Shown: piece after piece, positions 25,896 to 41,406 of the stretch
Layout of the letters: every line of letters begins with the position of its first letter
Position numbering within the stretch: position 1 is the stretch's first letter
Assembly: GCA_951406725.2 (NCBI GenBank)
Contig: OX597830.1
Span: 41,602,001 to 41,666,000, forward strand
Direction of reading: 5' to 3'
DNA: 64,000 bases
Origin: Octopus vulgaris
Lineage: Eukaryota
The notes under the pieces: generated by a model
The model's input: only the letters and a program-made list of their open reading frames with translations
What the model was told of the DNA's origin: nothing
Databases searched by the model: none
Translations under genes and position numbers: made by a program

Positions 25896-26932
25896 AAAAT
25901 AGTTTGATTCAAACTCCCTGGTACGCTGAGTTTCAAGTGTATCACTAGTCTTTGGAGTCTGTTCATGCGTTTGTACTAGTTTTAGCTTTAAGGGTTTAGG
26001 GTTAGGGTTTTAGGGTCAGGGTTAGGATTGGGGTCCAGTTGAGTTCGATGAAGAGCGATTAAACCAACTTTTGCACGAAAATTCTCGTCAAACAACAAGG
26101 GAACTGGCAGAGAAAATGGAATGCTCCTACACTGCTATAGAGAAGCACCTTCACTCGATGGGAAAGGTTCAGATGTCTGGGGCATGGGTTCCGCATGCTT
26201 TAAGTGACAACAACAAAAATTAACGAGCCACAATCTCCGCTGATTTGCTTGCTCATCACCGCTCAACTTATGGACACAAGCAACAATTTCTTTACCGAAT
26301 TGTTACTGGTGACGAAAAATGGTACCTGTACATCAAATATGAAGCAGCGTAAGGAATGGCTTAGCCCCGGTAAACAAGCAACACCGCACATGAAACAAGA
26401 TCTTCATCTGCGTAAAACGATGTTGTGCATATGGTGGGACTGGGAAGGGATTATCTATTACGAATTGCTCGAATGGAACCAAACAGTCAACACAGAACTC
26501 TATGTTCAACAGATAGAACAACTCAACACAGCTATTCAAGAGAAAAGACCTAATCGTCAGCATGGAGTTCTTCTGCTACATGACAATGCCCACCCTCATA
26601 TCGCCAATATGACCAAGGAAGCCATTCAAACACATGGCTGGAAAGAGCTGCCACACCTACTGTACTCTCCTAATTTGGCACCAATGGATTTCCACCTCTT
26701 TCGATCTCTTTCAAATGCTATGCATGGAGTTTCCGTCAATACTGATGCAGAATTGAGAGCTTGGTTGGATCAGGTGATTTCTACCAACAAGGTATTGAAA
26801 ATCTTGATGAACGTTGGGAAGAAGTTGTAAACAACAAGGGTGAATACATTATGGATTAATTGTTACTTTTTATTAAACCTTTTTAAAAATTTAAATTAAA
26901 AAAAAAACGGTGGGAACTTAGTTGCCAACCTA

Positions 26933-26967
<35 letters not shown>

Positions 26968-29900
26968 TATGATGGGCTTCTTCAGTTTCCTTCTACCAAA
27001 TCCACTCACAAGGCTTTGGTCAGCCTGTGGCTATAGCAGAAGACACTTGTCCAAGGTGCCACGCAGTGGGACTGAACCCAGAACTGTGTGGTTGGGAAGA
27101 AAGCTTCTTACCACACAGCCGCTCCTGTACCTGTGTGTGTGTGTGTGTGTGTGTTTGTGTGTGTATGTGTGTATGCATACATATACCACTTGATAACCTG
27201 CATTTGTTTGTTAATGTCCCACTGCTACTTGACAACTGATGTTGGTTTGCTTACATCCCTGTAAGGCAGTGGTTTGGCAAAAGAGGTTGCTAGAATAAAC
27301 ACCAAACTTGAAAAATAAGTCCTGGGTTCAATTCGATCGAAGGTAGTGCTCCAGCATGGCCACAGTCGAATGACTGAAACAAGATAAAAGATAAATGACC
27401 ATGACCTTATTGATGAAGCCAGCACAACTTACCTGGTTTCATTGCTGCAAAAACACCTTTAGAAGCCTTCAATACTGCTTCGTAGATAATCTTCTGTTTT
27501 TCAGTGAATTTGCCATTTACTGGATAAGAGCAAGTGATATCAGATGCATAACAGCAATATTCTGTTCCCATGTCAAGTAAACTGAAACATAGATATTTAA
27601 ATAGAAAGAAGAATTCTCATAGTTTACTTAACACTTCAGCATTTAAACCAGCCATATCTGACCAAAATATTCTGCCTGTCTTATATTCAAACCAAACAGA
27701 TCCAGCCTCTCACACCTACCCTACTATGTCATTCTAAAAAGCAATCACATCACTGAAATTTTGATTGCACATGATTAATTTGAAACATTATGAATAAATA
27801 AGCATTATATTTGACTGAGTAAGCTGAATGTTAAAGGGTTAAAGCTATGTTGCTCTTTTACAGCACATCATTTATATATGAAATCTGCAGTAGACAGACT
27901 CATGAAAACTTTCTTTTATTTGTGTTTTTGATGTAATTTTCTTTATTGTACACTATGACAGAAAGAGAGAGGGGGGAATGGGAAAGAGAAAGAGGAGGAG
28001 AGTCAGAGAAAAACAGACAGATGGAGGAGGGAAAGTAGAAAGGAGAAAAAATGGGATGGAGTAAGGGAGAGAGAGAGAGAGAGTCAGACAGACAAACAAA
28101 CAAGAGGGAGAGAGAATGGGGGAGTGAGAGAGAAAGAGAGAGAGACAAACAAACAAGGGAAGAGAGAGGGAATGGGGAAGGGAGGGAGAGAGAGAGGGTC
28201 AGAGACAGACAGACAGAGGAGGGAGAGAGGACGGGAGGAAAAAAATGGCATGGGAAAAGGGAGAGAGAGAGAGAGAGAGAGACTGAAACTGAAAGTAGAG
28301 GCTGAAAGTGGAACAGCTTGAATTTTGAATTTTTCAAAATGTGCTGGGTAGCAGTGGTACCCATGTGCTTTCCAGGCCCTCATTGACAGGTGAGATTGAT
28401 GCTGTTAATGCAAAGTCAACCTCAGCAGAATTAGGCTTTCTGGCTGGATTCTCAAGCAAGAAAAACTGTAACTATGGATATTATCTAGCCATATTGTTCT
28501 TGGTCTATCTCTTCGTCTGCTGGTTGGTTCAGCTTGAAGAATCTGTCTTGTGATCTTTCCTTGTGACATTCTAACCACATTTTCATAATATTGGAACTGT
28601 GAATTCTAAATGGCAAGAGGCAGAAACTCAACTTGGAGGGATTCCCTGATCTCCAAGTTATGTTCCTTGTCAAATAATTTTACTCTAAAGACCCTTTGGA
28701 GGAATTCCATTTCAACCATTTGTATTTGGTGATTCTACTTTTTCGGTCATTACCCAACATTCATGACTATAAATAAGGATAGGTACCAAAAAAACCCTTT
28801 TTAAGGTAGCAAATTTGGGTTCTTTTTTTAAACCACTCTCTCTTTTTCTTCTAAGGATTGAATGCTAAAGATGGTATATGATTGTGTGTCAGCACCTATA
28901 ATTTTAGCATCAAATTTAGCTTCCTGCTTCCCAATACTCATGAATACAGCCCTGAGATACTTAAACTTTTGCACCAGCCCACTAGCTTCAGGGAAGCTCC
29001 ACTAACATGCAGAGTGCATGAGAGGACCAATGTCTCAGTCTTCGCAACACTAATTCTTATCCTTGCCTTGCAGCACTTGGCAGTGAACCCATTCAATGCA
29101 TGCTGGAGATTACCTTCTGACAAACCAACTGGCAACATATCATCTGCAAATAACACCTAACACTCACCGACTGTGATATCACTTGCACAATCACTGCACA
29201 TATCAATCCAGTTCATAGAAATTATGAAAAGGACAAGTGACAATATGCACCACAGCCGATGGTCAACACCCACATTGAAAGTTTTTCACATAATAGCACC
29301 ATTTACCTGAACAACATAAACAAGATTGAATCATATCAGTGGGTGTGTTTATTCTAAAATTGTGTATAATGTCAAATATAAATTTACTTTAAAATTTCAG
29401 TTAATTAAAGCCTTGGGCCAACCAAAGCCCTGAGTGGACTTGATTCATGGAAACTGAAAGAACCCGTTGTATGTGTGTGTGTGGGGGGGTTATCTTTCAC
29501 CACCTCTTGGTAACTGGTGTTGATGTGTTTATGTTTGTGTAACTTAACAGTTCAGCAAAAGAGACCAATAGAATAAGTACTGGGGCCAATTCATTCGACT
29601 GAAAGTTCAAGGCAGTGCTCCAGCATGGCCACAGTCTAATGACTGAAACAGATAAATGATAATTAATAACTTTAAAAAATGTTATTGTTTTTGTTTAGAC
29701 CAAGGTCAGCTCTGATTGTACAAACCTATGATTCAAAGGCATTTCAGCCATGACTGTCCAATCTTTTTTTTTTTTGAAAGTATGTCTTGGATTACATTAA
29801 ATCCAGTATGGTTTCTCCTTTCCCAAGATATTTACATCTGAGTTATTAGGTTATTTGGCTGCTATGTTTAGCAGCAGTGGCCATGTAGAGAGGTTCCCTC

Positions 29901-32900
29901 ATTGGCTTCTCCCTACACACATATATGATGGGCTTCTGTACAGCTTCCACCTTCTAAACCCCACTCACAAGGCCTCCATCAGCCGTTGGCTATAATAGAA
30001 AACTTTCTCGAAGTGCCAAACGTCTCACTATACCTGTTAGTTTTCTTAGTTTGCAATGAATAGTGGGAGCAGCTGCTTTGCTTTTTAATTCAAAACAACC
30101 ACTGAACCATAAAGCCCCGTATAATGCATTCATTTGGTGGCACGTCACTCTTTGCATCAATAGCTTATTTAATTTAACATACTGGTTGCAAGAAAAACTA
30201 GTCTGGTATTTTCAACTTGTTAACAAAGTATGTCTCTCTCTGTCTGTGTAGACAAGCTAAAACGGAAACTTGTACATGACAGTTCAACTTGCTAGAAATA
30301 GTAGTGAAATCTCATTCAAATCACATCCCATTATCTTGAAAATAGTACAGACACTTGAAAATTAGTCTGGTATTTACACAGATTAACCATGTCTGTCTGT
30401 CTGGGCAAGCTAACCAGGAAACCCTGTACATGGCTCCTGAAATGGTAGTGGAGTCATCATCATTATTTAACATCTGTTTTCACATATGCCATGAGTTGTA
30501 AGGTTTGACAGGATCAGGCAAACTGCAAGGCCACATCAAGCTCCAATGTCAGTTTTGGCATGCTTTGCTATGTCAATGCACTGGGTGCTCTTTTCATGGC
30601 ACTGGCACTACTGAGGATGCCAGGTAAACTTGCAAGATAGAAAAAGAACAGGGGAAAACGGGAAAAAAAGAGAAAAAGCTTCCATTACTAAAAGGGAAGT
30701 ACTTGAAAGGGGAAGGTGAAAGTGAGTGATTTTATACCAGGTGTTGAAAGGCTAAAGCAGGGGTTCTTGTCCATTTTTTATCTATGGATCCCTTTGATTA
30801 CTATTTCATTCTGTTGGAATCCCATAGTTATACGATGTTTAAAACCTAGTTTTACAGATATTTCTTCCAAATTTCCTATTAATTCATCACACATTAACTT
30901 GTGTTGGTTGAACTATGTAAAGCATTTGAGAATGAAACCTAGCTGTTTGTTGCAATAAATAACCAATACATACATCTAAAGCATAATTTTTCAGGGTCCC
31001 TTAAAATACTATTGTGGATCCCCAATTTAGTATTTTGTTACATGGACCCACAAAAATTTTATATGGGCCCTCAAGGGCCATATGGACTCCAGTTGAGAAC
31101 CACTAGGCTAAAGTATGATAGAGGGACCTTGCTGTAGAGGAGATGCATGACTGAAGGAAATAAGAAGAACGGTAGTGATGGAGTGCTAGAGCAAATTCTC
31201 AAGGAACAAGAGAGTGAACAAAGGAGAGGACACAGTAGGGGATAAGAAAGTGGATACTTTCATGAGAGTGTGAGGAGAGAGTAACAGACGGTTAAAGATA
31301 GAGATAGAGGTGAATGTAGCGAGAGACAAACATGGTTGGAGGAGTGGTTGATGGGAAATACCAGTATGAAGGTTGATCTTGAGCTAGATGACAGCAGCAG
31401 TGAGTACAACAACAACTGTTTGGTTAATGTAAAAAGGGTCTATCAAATTTATCCATTTAACTATTTTCCTATAACCTGCTTAAGTATTATACAATAAACT
31501 ATTTTTAAGAAACTATTTTTAAGGCTGGGTGTGATATGTAGCATGAAAATTTATGTTTTATTTTGTCATTGACAGGCAGACATAAAATCTTTTACACACT
31601 CAGAATAAATAATATTTTCTTTTTTTTATAGTATTACATAGAACAAATATTCTTTTCACAAATATGTGAATGTGTGTACATATGTGTGCATGTATGTATA
31701 GACATACATCATCATCATCAATGATGATGATGATGATAAATTCAACCCGCCCACGCAGCACATAATCTATGCAATTACTGCTTAACAAAACAACACAACT
31801 GGTATTACACATATTTGATACAACAACAGACAGTAGAAACAATAAACAAACATAAGAAATGAAGAAAGAAAAATAATCCCACTACAAAGGAAAACAGTTA
31901 AAGCATAAAAACACAAGAAAAACAACTGTGGACATACCACCTCTGGAATACCAAAGGCAAACCTGGTGATGCAGTAGAAACTAACACAAAACTGATGAAA
32001 ACATGATGATGATGATCTTTACATTACCATATTTTCTGGTAATATAAATTTTCCAGTAATACAAATTCTGCTTACCAAGCATCCCCGTCATTAAGTCTTC
32101 TGGAATTTGGAGCTCCAGCATGTCCATAGTGCAAAATAGCTGCATTTTCTCCACTGAAAGAGGAAAATTGTTTCTCATAATATGAATAACAGAATCTAAT
32201 ATTATTATTATTATTCAGTTGAAATACTATTGTATGCATCAGTACAAAGTCAATTAAATACACTATACACTCCTCTAGAAACCTACATTATTTCACTGTG
32301 TGAGATATTTCAATATTCTAAACCAGTAATTTAACTGAACTAAAGGCTTTATCTACATCTAACATGGTACATAAATGTTGTAAGGGCTGATATTGCTCTA
32401 ACATTCTTCTGATCTGTGCTATGTGTATGGTGTGAAGACACATAGCTTAGTGGTTAGGGTATACCGCTCACAATTATATGGTTGTGAGTTCAATTCCTGG
32501 CAGGGTATGGTGTCCTTGCACAGAACACTTTATTTCACATTGCTCCAGTCCACTCAGCTGGCAAAAATGAGTTGTACTTTATTTCAAAGGGCCAGTCTTG
32601 TTTTATTCTGTGTCACACTGAATCTCCCTGACAACTATGTTAGGAGTACACATATCTGTAGAGTGCTCAACCACTTTCACATTAATTTCATAAGCAGGCT
32701 ATTCCATTGATCAGAGAAACTGGAATGCTCTGCATCAGGACTGATGGAATGCCAATTATGTGTATGAGTGTTAGGCGTGGTCCCAACAATTTTCTGAAGG
32801 GAATACAATTCCAGGAGAAAAGGGCATAATAACATTATTTAGAAGGGCACACTTCTTTTCTTGAGGAGAGGCATATGCCCTTCAGGCACACCCTCTTCGG

Positions 32901-35900
32901 TATATATGGGGTTGCATTGAATAAATAGCTGCCAAATACTTGAGACAGTTTAATTAATTATGACATTCCAAATCTTAATATTAATTTTGTAATAATTTAA
33001 AAGAAATTCTTATGGAAATTATACAATTAATGTACCTATGTCTGATTTTGGATTTGAGCACCACATGACTGGTATCCGTGTTAGTGGAGTGCTAAGAGCA
33101 CTATCCGAGCGTGATCGTTGCCAGGGCAGCTGACTGGCTCCCGTGCCGGTGGCACGTAAAAAGCACCATTCGAGCATGATCATTACCAGCGTTGCCTTAC
33201 TGGCATTTGTGCCGGTGGCACATGAAAAAAAAAAAGATTCAAGCAAGGTTGTTGCCAGTGCTCCTGTGCAGGTGGCACGTAAAAAACACCATTTGAGCAT
33301 GGCCATTGCCAGTACCGCCTAACTGGCCCTCGTGCCGGTGGCATGTAAAAGCATCCACTAAACTCTCAGAGTGGTTGGCATTAGGAAGGGCATCCAGCTG
33401 TAGAAACTCTGCCAGATCAGATTGGAGCCTGGTGCAGCCATCTGGTTTGCCAATCCTCAGTCAAATCATCCAACCCATGCCAGCATGGAAAGCGGACGTT
33501 AAACCATGATGATGATGATGATGATGATGATTATATATTGAAAAACAAAATATTACTGCATTTTGAGAGAATAATATTTCTAATTCTTTCTAAAAAAAAA
33601 AAGTATACATAGACACAGAAGTGGCTGTGTGGTAAGAAGCTTGCTTCCCAACCACATGGTTCTGGGCTCAGTCCCACTGTGCAGCACCTTGGGCAAGTGT
33701 CTCCTACTACAGCTGCAAGCTGACCAAAGCTTTTTGAGTGGATTTGGTAGACAGAAACTGAAAGAAGCCCACTGGACATATATATATATGTGTGTGTGTG
33801 TTTGTACCCCACCCATTACTTGACAACTGATGTTGGTGTGTTTACATCCCTGTAACTAAGCGGTTCAGCAAAAGAGACGGCTAAAGTAAGTACTAGGTTT
33901 ACAAAGAATAAGTCCTGGGGTCGATTTGTTCGACTAAAGGCAGTGCTCTAGCATGGCTGCAGTCAAATGACTGAAACAAGTAAAGGAGTAAACAGTGTGG
34001 TTAAGAAGCTCACTTTCCAACCACATGGTTTTAGGTTCAGTTCCACTGCACGACACCTCGAGCAAGTTTTGTAAACCCTTCTCCTTCTCTGACCAAGCCA
34101 TAAATTTATAATTTTTTCAACACTCATCATTGATATTGTTTACTCCAAACCGACATTCTCTCACCCCTACCTCCTCCTAGACAGTAGAACCAATCCCCAC
34201 AATATCCTGTATCTTCACCATTGTTGCTCCTATTCCGACATATCTAGCCCTCAATATTCGTGCTTTGCCATTGTTAATTCCTGCTCCCATTCTAACATAT
34301 CTAACCTTCAATAATGTGAACCTTAATTGCTGTTATTCCCTCCCACCAAACGTATCCCCCACCCACATCATATCTAACCCCCAATATTGTGTTCCCCATA
34401 GACCCTTGATCATATCTCTTCCACCCACCCCTACTGTATCATCATCTCTTTCTCCTACCCCACCCCATCCAACAGTTAGAATGTAAGAAATCTAAATAAA
34501 GATGATTCTGCACACAACAGTTTCCATGACAACTCAGTAAACTGCAATGCATCCCCTGAGTCTTTAAATACCCCTATTTGGATTTTGCCCCAGACTAAAA
34601 GAAGGGCAACATCAACAACAAACTTCTAAAAAAAAAATAGAAAAAAAATCAGTGATTCAGTGTCATAACTAAGTAGTTAAGAAACTCACTTCCCACCCAT
34701 GAGGTTCCAGGATCAATATCACTTTGTGACATGGTGAGCAAATGTCTTTTGCTGTAGTCTCAGGTTTACAAATGAATTGCTAGCATAATTTGGTACACAG
34801 ACACTGTGTGAAAGCCCATCATTGTGCATGCTTATGTAGGGGTGCCTTCAGCTGATACTTATTTGCAAGTGATGTAAAAATAAGAAACTGAAATACTAGT
34901 AACACACCTTTGTCCATAAGCAAAGCTGAGGTGGGGTGAGGAGGATCAAAGGAGGCAGTTCAACCCAGGTTATGTTTTTATGTGGAGGCAGCACTTTTGG
35001 GCCTACTGTGTAAGTCTGTAATAGGCTTATGGGTCCAGGGAGGGGTGGCAAGCTCACAGGCTGCCCTGAGAACTGAACACACTAGCTATTTCACTATCTT
35101 TCTCTCCTCTCTCTCATTTTCAGAAATGCAGTGAACTGACATTGGGTCCATTGGAAACATGTAAGTAACAATAAAATTTTTTTTCTCAAATTGCATTGTA
35201 AAGTAAAAATGATTTATTTTTCTTTGATAAATAAAAATACACTAGTATCACAAAATTTAGAAAAATAATAAAAATTTACCTTCCACAAATACAGGTGTAA
35301 GACAAATGACGACCACCTCCATAGTAAGAACAAAAATGACGAAATATGCTGCAACAGAAATTAAATATTTTGAGAATTTATTTGTAGAAATTGTCAGGAT
35401 AAAAATTAGCAACTGTATAAAAAATGTCAGGTGGTTCATTCAACAACGATAATCTTTAATTTATAATATAGGCAGGTGTGACTGCGAGGTTAAGAAGTTT
35501 GCTTTCCAACAACATGGTTTAGGGTTCAGTCCCACTGCATGGCACCCTGGGCAGATGTCTTTTATTATAGGCGTGGGTCAATCAAAGCCTTGTGAGTGGA
35601 TCTGGTCAGTGAAAACTGAAACAAACCCATCACATATGTATGTGCATGTGTGTATGTTTTTCTCCTTGCCTTAATATCACGATAGTTGTAAATGAGTGTC
35701 ACTGTCATGCAAGCAGTGTCATCCATTTCCAATATTCTGTGAAAACATGTCTGGTTATGGGGAACTATTACTCTACTTGGAAACAAGTGAGGGTTGGTGG
35801 TAGGAAGGGCGTCCAGCCCTAGAAAATCTGCCACAATAAACTCTGTCTGACCCATGCAAGTATGGAAAAATGGATGTCAAACCAATGATGAATGATAACA

Positions 35901-37737
35901 AATATCCAAAAACTGAATTTGAATTAATGGCTTCACTCCAATCATTCTGTTAGCCTCACCCCTCATACACTACCTTACACTATAACTTATCTATTGCAGT
36001 TGTTCTCTCTCCTATTGGTTTCATTGTTTTGAATGAATAGAGTGCCTTTTCATTCATGAATAGAGTAAAGTAATAAGGTGCCTTTTATCTTGTAGGATTC
36101 ACAAGGCAACCTCAAAAGTGGTAGCATTGTGAAAAGACAGCAGCAGAGACTCCACCAAGTAGGAAGACCCTTTAGTCTTGCTGGGGATATGATGACAATC
36201 ACTCTTGGGTGGGTGTCATGATAAAATACATGCAATACATTCTGGTAGGTGCTAGAAAAGACATTCGGCCATAGAAGCCATGCCGAAACAGAATGTAATG
36301 AGTCAGACATCTCGACTCATCTAAGAAAGTTGTAACTTTGAGTGGGAGCCAACTCAGACCAGAGTGATTTATCCAGTAGCACGTGTGTGGTAAATGGACC
36401 AAAGTAGCTGCTACTGCTGTTGATGATGATGATGGTGGTGGTGGTGGTGATGACCCTTTAGCATTCAGATTACTCTTTTAAATGTATTGCTTATTTATTC
36501 AAATTTTTAAAAAATTAATCATGCATTATCTCATGGATTTGAGCTATTGATGATGTGACTGTTTATTTTTACAATGACATTGTAGAAAGAGTGTGAGAGG
36601 CTGGATCAGGTCAGTTCAGTTTCAACACAAAACAAGTAGAATCTTTGCACTTGATGAACCCAGTTTAAATGCTAAAGGGTTAAGAGTGACATTATAAATG
36701 AAACCGATCTGTCATGAAGTGATCATTGCTGCTAGTGTTATGCTCATTATAGGAGTCGAATAAGCAGAATCATTAATGCAATGGACAAAATGCTTTGAAG
36801 TATTTATTCTAGCTCTTTACACTCTGAGTGTAAGTCTCACCAGGGTCAACTTTGCTTTTCATTCTTCTGGGTGGTCCATAAAAATAAGATTCAAGTCTGA
36901 AGTGGTGAAACAGTTCAAAGGTTTAAAGCACTGAATGAGAGGCCTGCTTTGTGATGTTTGTTCTGGTTCATTACTTTCTGAATGCTCACACAACTGTGGC
37001 AAACTTGACTTTATCTAACTAAAAGTGTGCCATGCAAGCTGACTCAAAGATCCATTCTGACATGGAATCAACAAAGCAGAAGTATATTATATCATATTTT
37101 ATGAGTAAGACATGATACAATATGCATGTAGGTTGAGAAAGAAAATGTAAAAAAAAATATCAAAAGCAAATGTAAAAAGAAGTTAATTCCTGTTTTAAGC
37201 GATGATCACCGATGCTTAAAAACTATCCAGTCATGAAGTTTACAATATATATGAGTAGACAAAATGTGCCTATTTTTGTATTGTTAGTACAAAAAGAACC
37301 CAATAAAACAAAACATAAACACTTGCAATTGATGCATAGAGACAAAGATGGTATGGTTTTCTAAAAAGCATCTCATATCAGAGACACTGGTTAATTTAGT
37401 TTCAATTTTCTGCATAAATAATCAGTTTTGTCCTTAAATTAAATTAAATAGTGAGAAATCAAATTACAGATTTACCCATTCATACATGAACAAATAGACA
37501 ATCAATATGTTTTGCTTAAAGCATAACAAAATCAGAAAGAAAGAAAGAAAGAACTACTACAGTTATGATGATGATGATGATGAATAAACATGAGCTTGCT
37601 AATAATTGTGGTGCTGCTAATGATGATTTATCAGCTAAAAGAGATTTTCTCAGATGTGAAATGGAATTATTTTCAGCTGGTTTCATTGGGATAAGTGAAA
37701 GTAATGTGGTAAATATGTACTTAACATTTCCTTCAAC

Positions 37738-37782
<45 letters not shown>

Positions 37783-39327
37783 CTTTTCTATTATAGGCAC
37801 AAGGCCTGAAATTTTGGGGGAGGGGGTGTTTGACTGGTATTTATTTTATTGACCTCAAAAGGAGGAAAGATAAAGTCACCCATAGTAGAATTTGAACTCA
37901 GAACATAAGGATGGATGAAATGCTTCGAAGCATTTGCCCAGTGTGCTAACAATTCTGCCAGCTCGCCACCTTTATCAATAATAATAATAATAACAAGGCA
38001 GTGGCTCTCATGACTTCTGATCTCAACTGATTGAAAGTGTTATTATGTAGATGTTTTGTCGTGGTGTAAAAGATGGGCTACAACAAGTATTCTACTCAAC
38101 ACCACAGATATGTTTGGCAGATACTTGACCTTAACCAGGTGAGCATGTCCTTTAATAGCTGACAATATGTGCATCTCTCATCTGAACATTAAGAGCTGCA
38201 ACACATGCTGCTAAATATTTTGTCTGACACTCCAACAATTCTACCAGCTTGCCATGAACACATGTATGCATGCATGTGTATGTGTGTGTGTTTTTTTTTG
38301 TGTTTGTGCTTGTTCCCCATCACCACTTGACAACTGGTGTTGGTTTGTTTATGTCTTTGTGACTTAGCAGTTTGGCAAAAAGACTGCAATAAAATGACTA
38401 CCAGGCTTAAAACAAAGCACTGGAGTCAATTTGTTCGACTAAAAAATAAAAATTTCCAGGCGGGTGCCTCAACATGACTGAAGCATGTGACAGATAAAAG
38501 GTTAAGTAAAATAAATACTGCGATTGATATGACTGACTAAGCAGTTGAAGACGGTGCTCCAGCATGGCCACAGTCAAATGACTGAAACCAGTGAAAGAAT
38601 AAAAGATCATTCATAAATTACATAATTATCTTCAGATAATTATACTAGATCAAATTTCATCATCAAATTATAAACAAAGACAAGATTCCTAATTTCAAGA
38701 AAATGTTAGTCACATGATCAATTACCTTAATCCAGTCCTTTGATTGATTAACTCTGATCATAATCATATGAACAACAAATGGAAATTAGCTTAGTTCCCC
38801 TCTGTTTTACTCGTGTTTTGATTTTTCTTTCGTTTAAAGACGATAAAGCCTCAGCGAAATAAAGTCCACAGCATGGTTTCAATTCCAGAGTCTAGTCTCT
38901 TTCATTTATGATAATGCTAAAAGCATGAACAATATTGTTATTCTCATCACCACCCTCATCATCATCACTACCATCACCTCCATGTTCATCATCATTTTAT
39001 ACCACATTTTCCATGCTGGCATGAGTTCGATGGTTCTCACAGTATTTTTCTGCTTATTGTGATCCTACTCCACTTCTCTCTCTCTCTCTCTCTCACACGT
39101 TGTAAATGTATATAATCTACAGGGAATCCCAAAAGAATTAATAACTAAGACTCCAAGAATAAATGAATTTCAAAGGATAAACAAACATTGAATAATGGCA
39201 TTAGAAAGGGCATCCAGCCATAGAAACCATGTCAAAACAGAAGACTGGAGCCTAGTGCAACCCTCTGGCTTGTCAAACCGTCCAACCCATACCAGCATAG
39301 AAAATGGACGTATGATAATGATGATGA

Positions 39328-39362
<35 letters not shown>

Positions 39363-41355
39363 GCAAAAAGACTGTGATAGTCAATAAAATAGAAATAAAA
39401 TTCAAAGTTTTATTCTTTCTGTGCAGCCCAGTACTGGTCCACAGTCTGGTGGTTGGCAACCCCAGCTTTAAATCAATCCTTCCTTTTTCTCCCTTAGTAC
39501 TACACATCTACCAATATGTTCCTTACCCATAACACTTTCTCCCTCATTAACAACTCAAAAAGACTGTTGACCTCATGGCTCTTCCCACACAGATGTTTCT
39601 GTACTCCTTGTCCAGGAGGCAGTCATGAAACACTACGCAGAAGTGGGAGAGGATGAGGCACCTTCCATTTATATTAACAAAATAAGAAAAAGACAAACAA
39701 TAACTTTGAACTAATCATTTATTTTCTTATTATGAAATAGAAACAAAATTATCAAGAAATAATTTTACCTTTCCAGCTGGTACTCGTACATCCCTGGACG
39801 TATCTGTCTCATCACCTGGAAAATTTCATAGAAAAACAGAACAATTACAAAAATATTCAATATCTAAGGTGATTAGAGTTTTATCAAATCTGACAATATG
39901 TGTGTGTGTGTGTATTTATGTATATAAGGTAAATTACGATTAAGATTCAATAGGGTTTAACATACCACTTGCTAAAATCAGAGCCAATGCTCCAAAAACC
40001 ACCATAAAACTCATGATAAAGATACATATGAGCAATGTAGTGAATATTTTAGAAATAGATATTAAGATGTTATTTTCAACTGAAGATCGCAAAGTATGTT
40101 TGTCATGCAAAGCCTGAAACCAATTGGTATTGAAATATACATTACTTACTGATGTATTCAATGCAAAGGTAAACTTATTTCTCATATGTTCATTGCATTG
40201 CTCGTATGCATTTTTACTGTGGGTTTTATGGTGGTTTTTGGAGTATTGGCTATGATTTTAGCAAGTGGCATTTTATACCCTATTGAATCTTAATTTACCT
40301 TATATTGTGCCTGTAATGGTGTGAACTTGCTAGCCACCTTATTATTACTATAAATAACGGTAATTCAATTGCCAGCAACGCATTGTGTCCTTGGACAAGA
40401 CACTTTATTTCATGTTGCTCCAATCCACTCAGCTGGTAAAAGTGAGTAGTACCTGTAATTCAAAGGGGCAGCTTTGTCACATTCTGTGTCATGCTGAATC
40501 TGCATGAGAACTACGTTAAGGGTACATATGTCTGTGGAGTCTACAACTCAAGCTTGATGATGATTGTTTTAATTACAATATGACTGAATTGAGTCAGTGG
40601 GGGCACGGAGAGAACACACTATCAATGATAGGTTACTGTCGTAGTGACTAACTACCATTACTTATGGTGATAGCAATGACAGTTGTAGTGGTAGTGGTGG
40701 TGGTGGTGGTGGGAGCTAGTGGTGACGACTAAGATTACGGTACTTGGACTTACCTCTCTATGAGCAGCACTAGATACTTTATTGGTGTAGCGAAGTAAAT
40801 CCAATTCGTAGTCACTCTTGAAAACACGGCTGAAAGTAAAATAAAAATTACAAAGTTTATTAGACAGTATTTTGATCTTGTTACACAAGAAATCATCATC
40901 ATCCTCAACATTGTCACATCTGTCACTGTCTATGTCATTGCCATCATTGCTCTCAATGTCATTGTCACCGTCATAATTGCCGTCATTGACATTGCCATTG
41001 TTGTCATCATTGCCGTGATTATTGTCGTCATCGTTGCCGTCATTATTGCTATTGTTATCATTGGAGGAGGAGGATTATTTACTGCCTACATACCATTCAG
41101 AAATCTCTGGGTGAAGTAACTCATCATTCACCTTGAATCTGAAAAAAAAAAAAAAAAAAAATCATTCTTTATTCAAAATCGAAGTGGATTTATGTTTTGT
41201 AATTAGCTATGTAGGTTGGATTTTTCTTAAAGAAAGATGAAGTTAAGAATATAAATGAAGTTAATGTAAATTGTAAATATCATTGAACCTGTAACTTATT
41301 GCCTTGCAACTATGACACAACGTCACAGCAAGTGGAGAATAACACATACACACAT

Positions 41356-41406
<51 letters not shown>

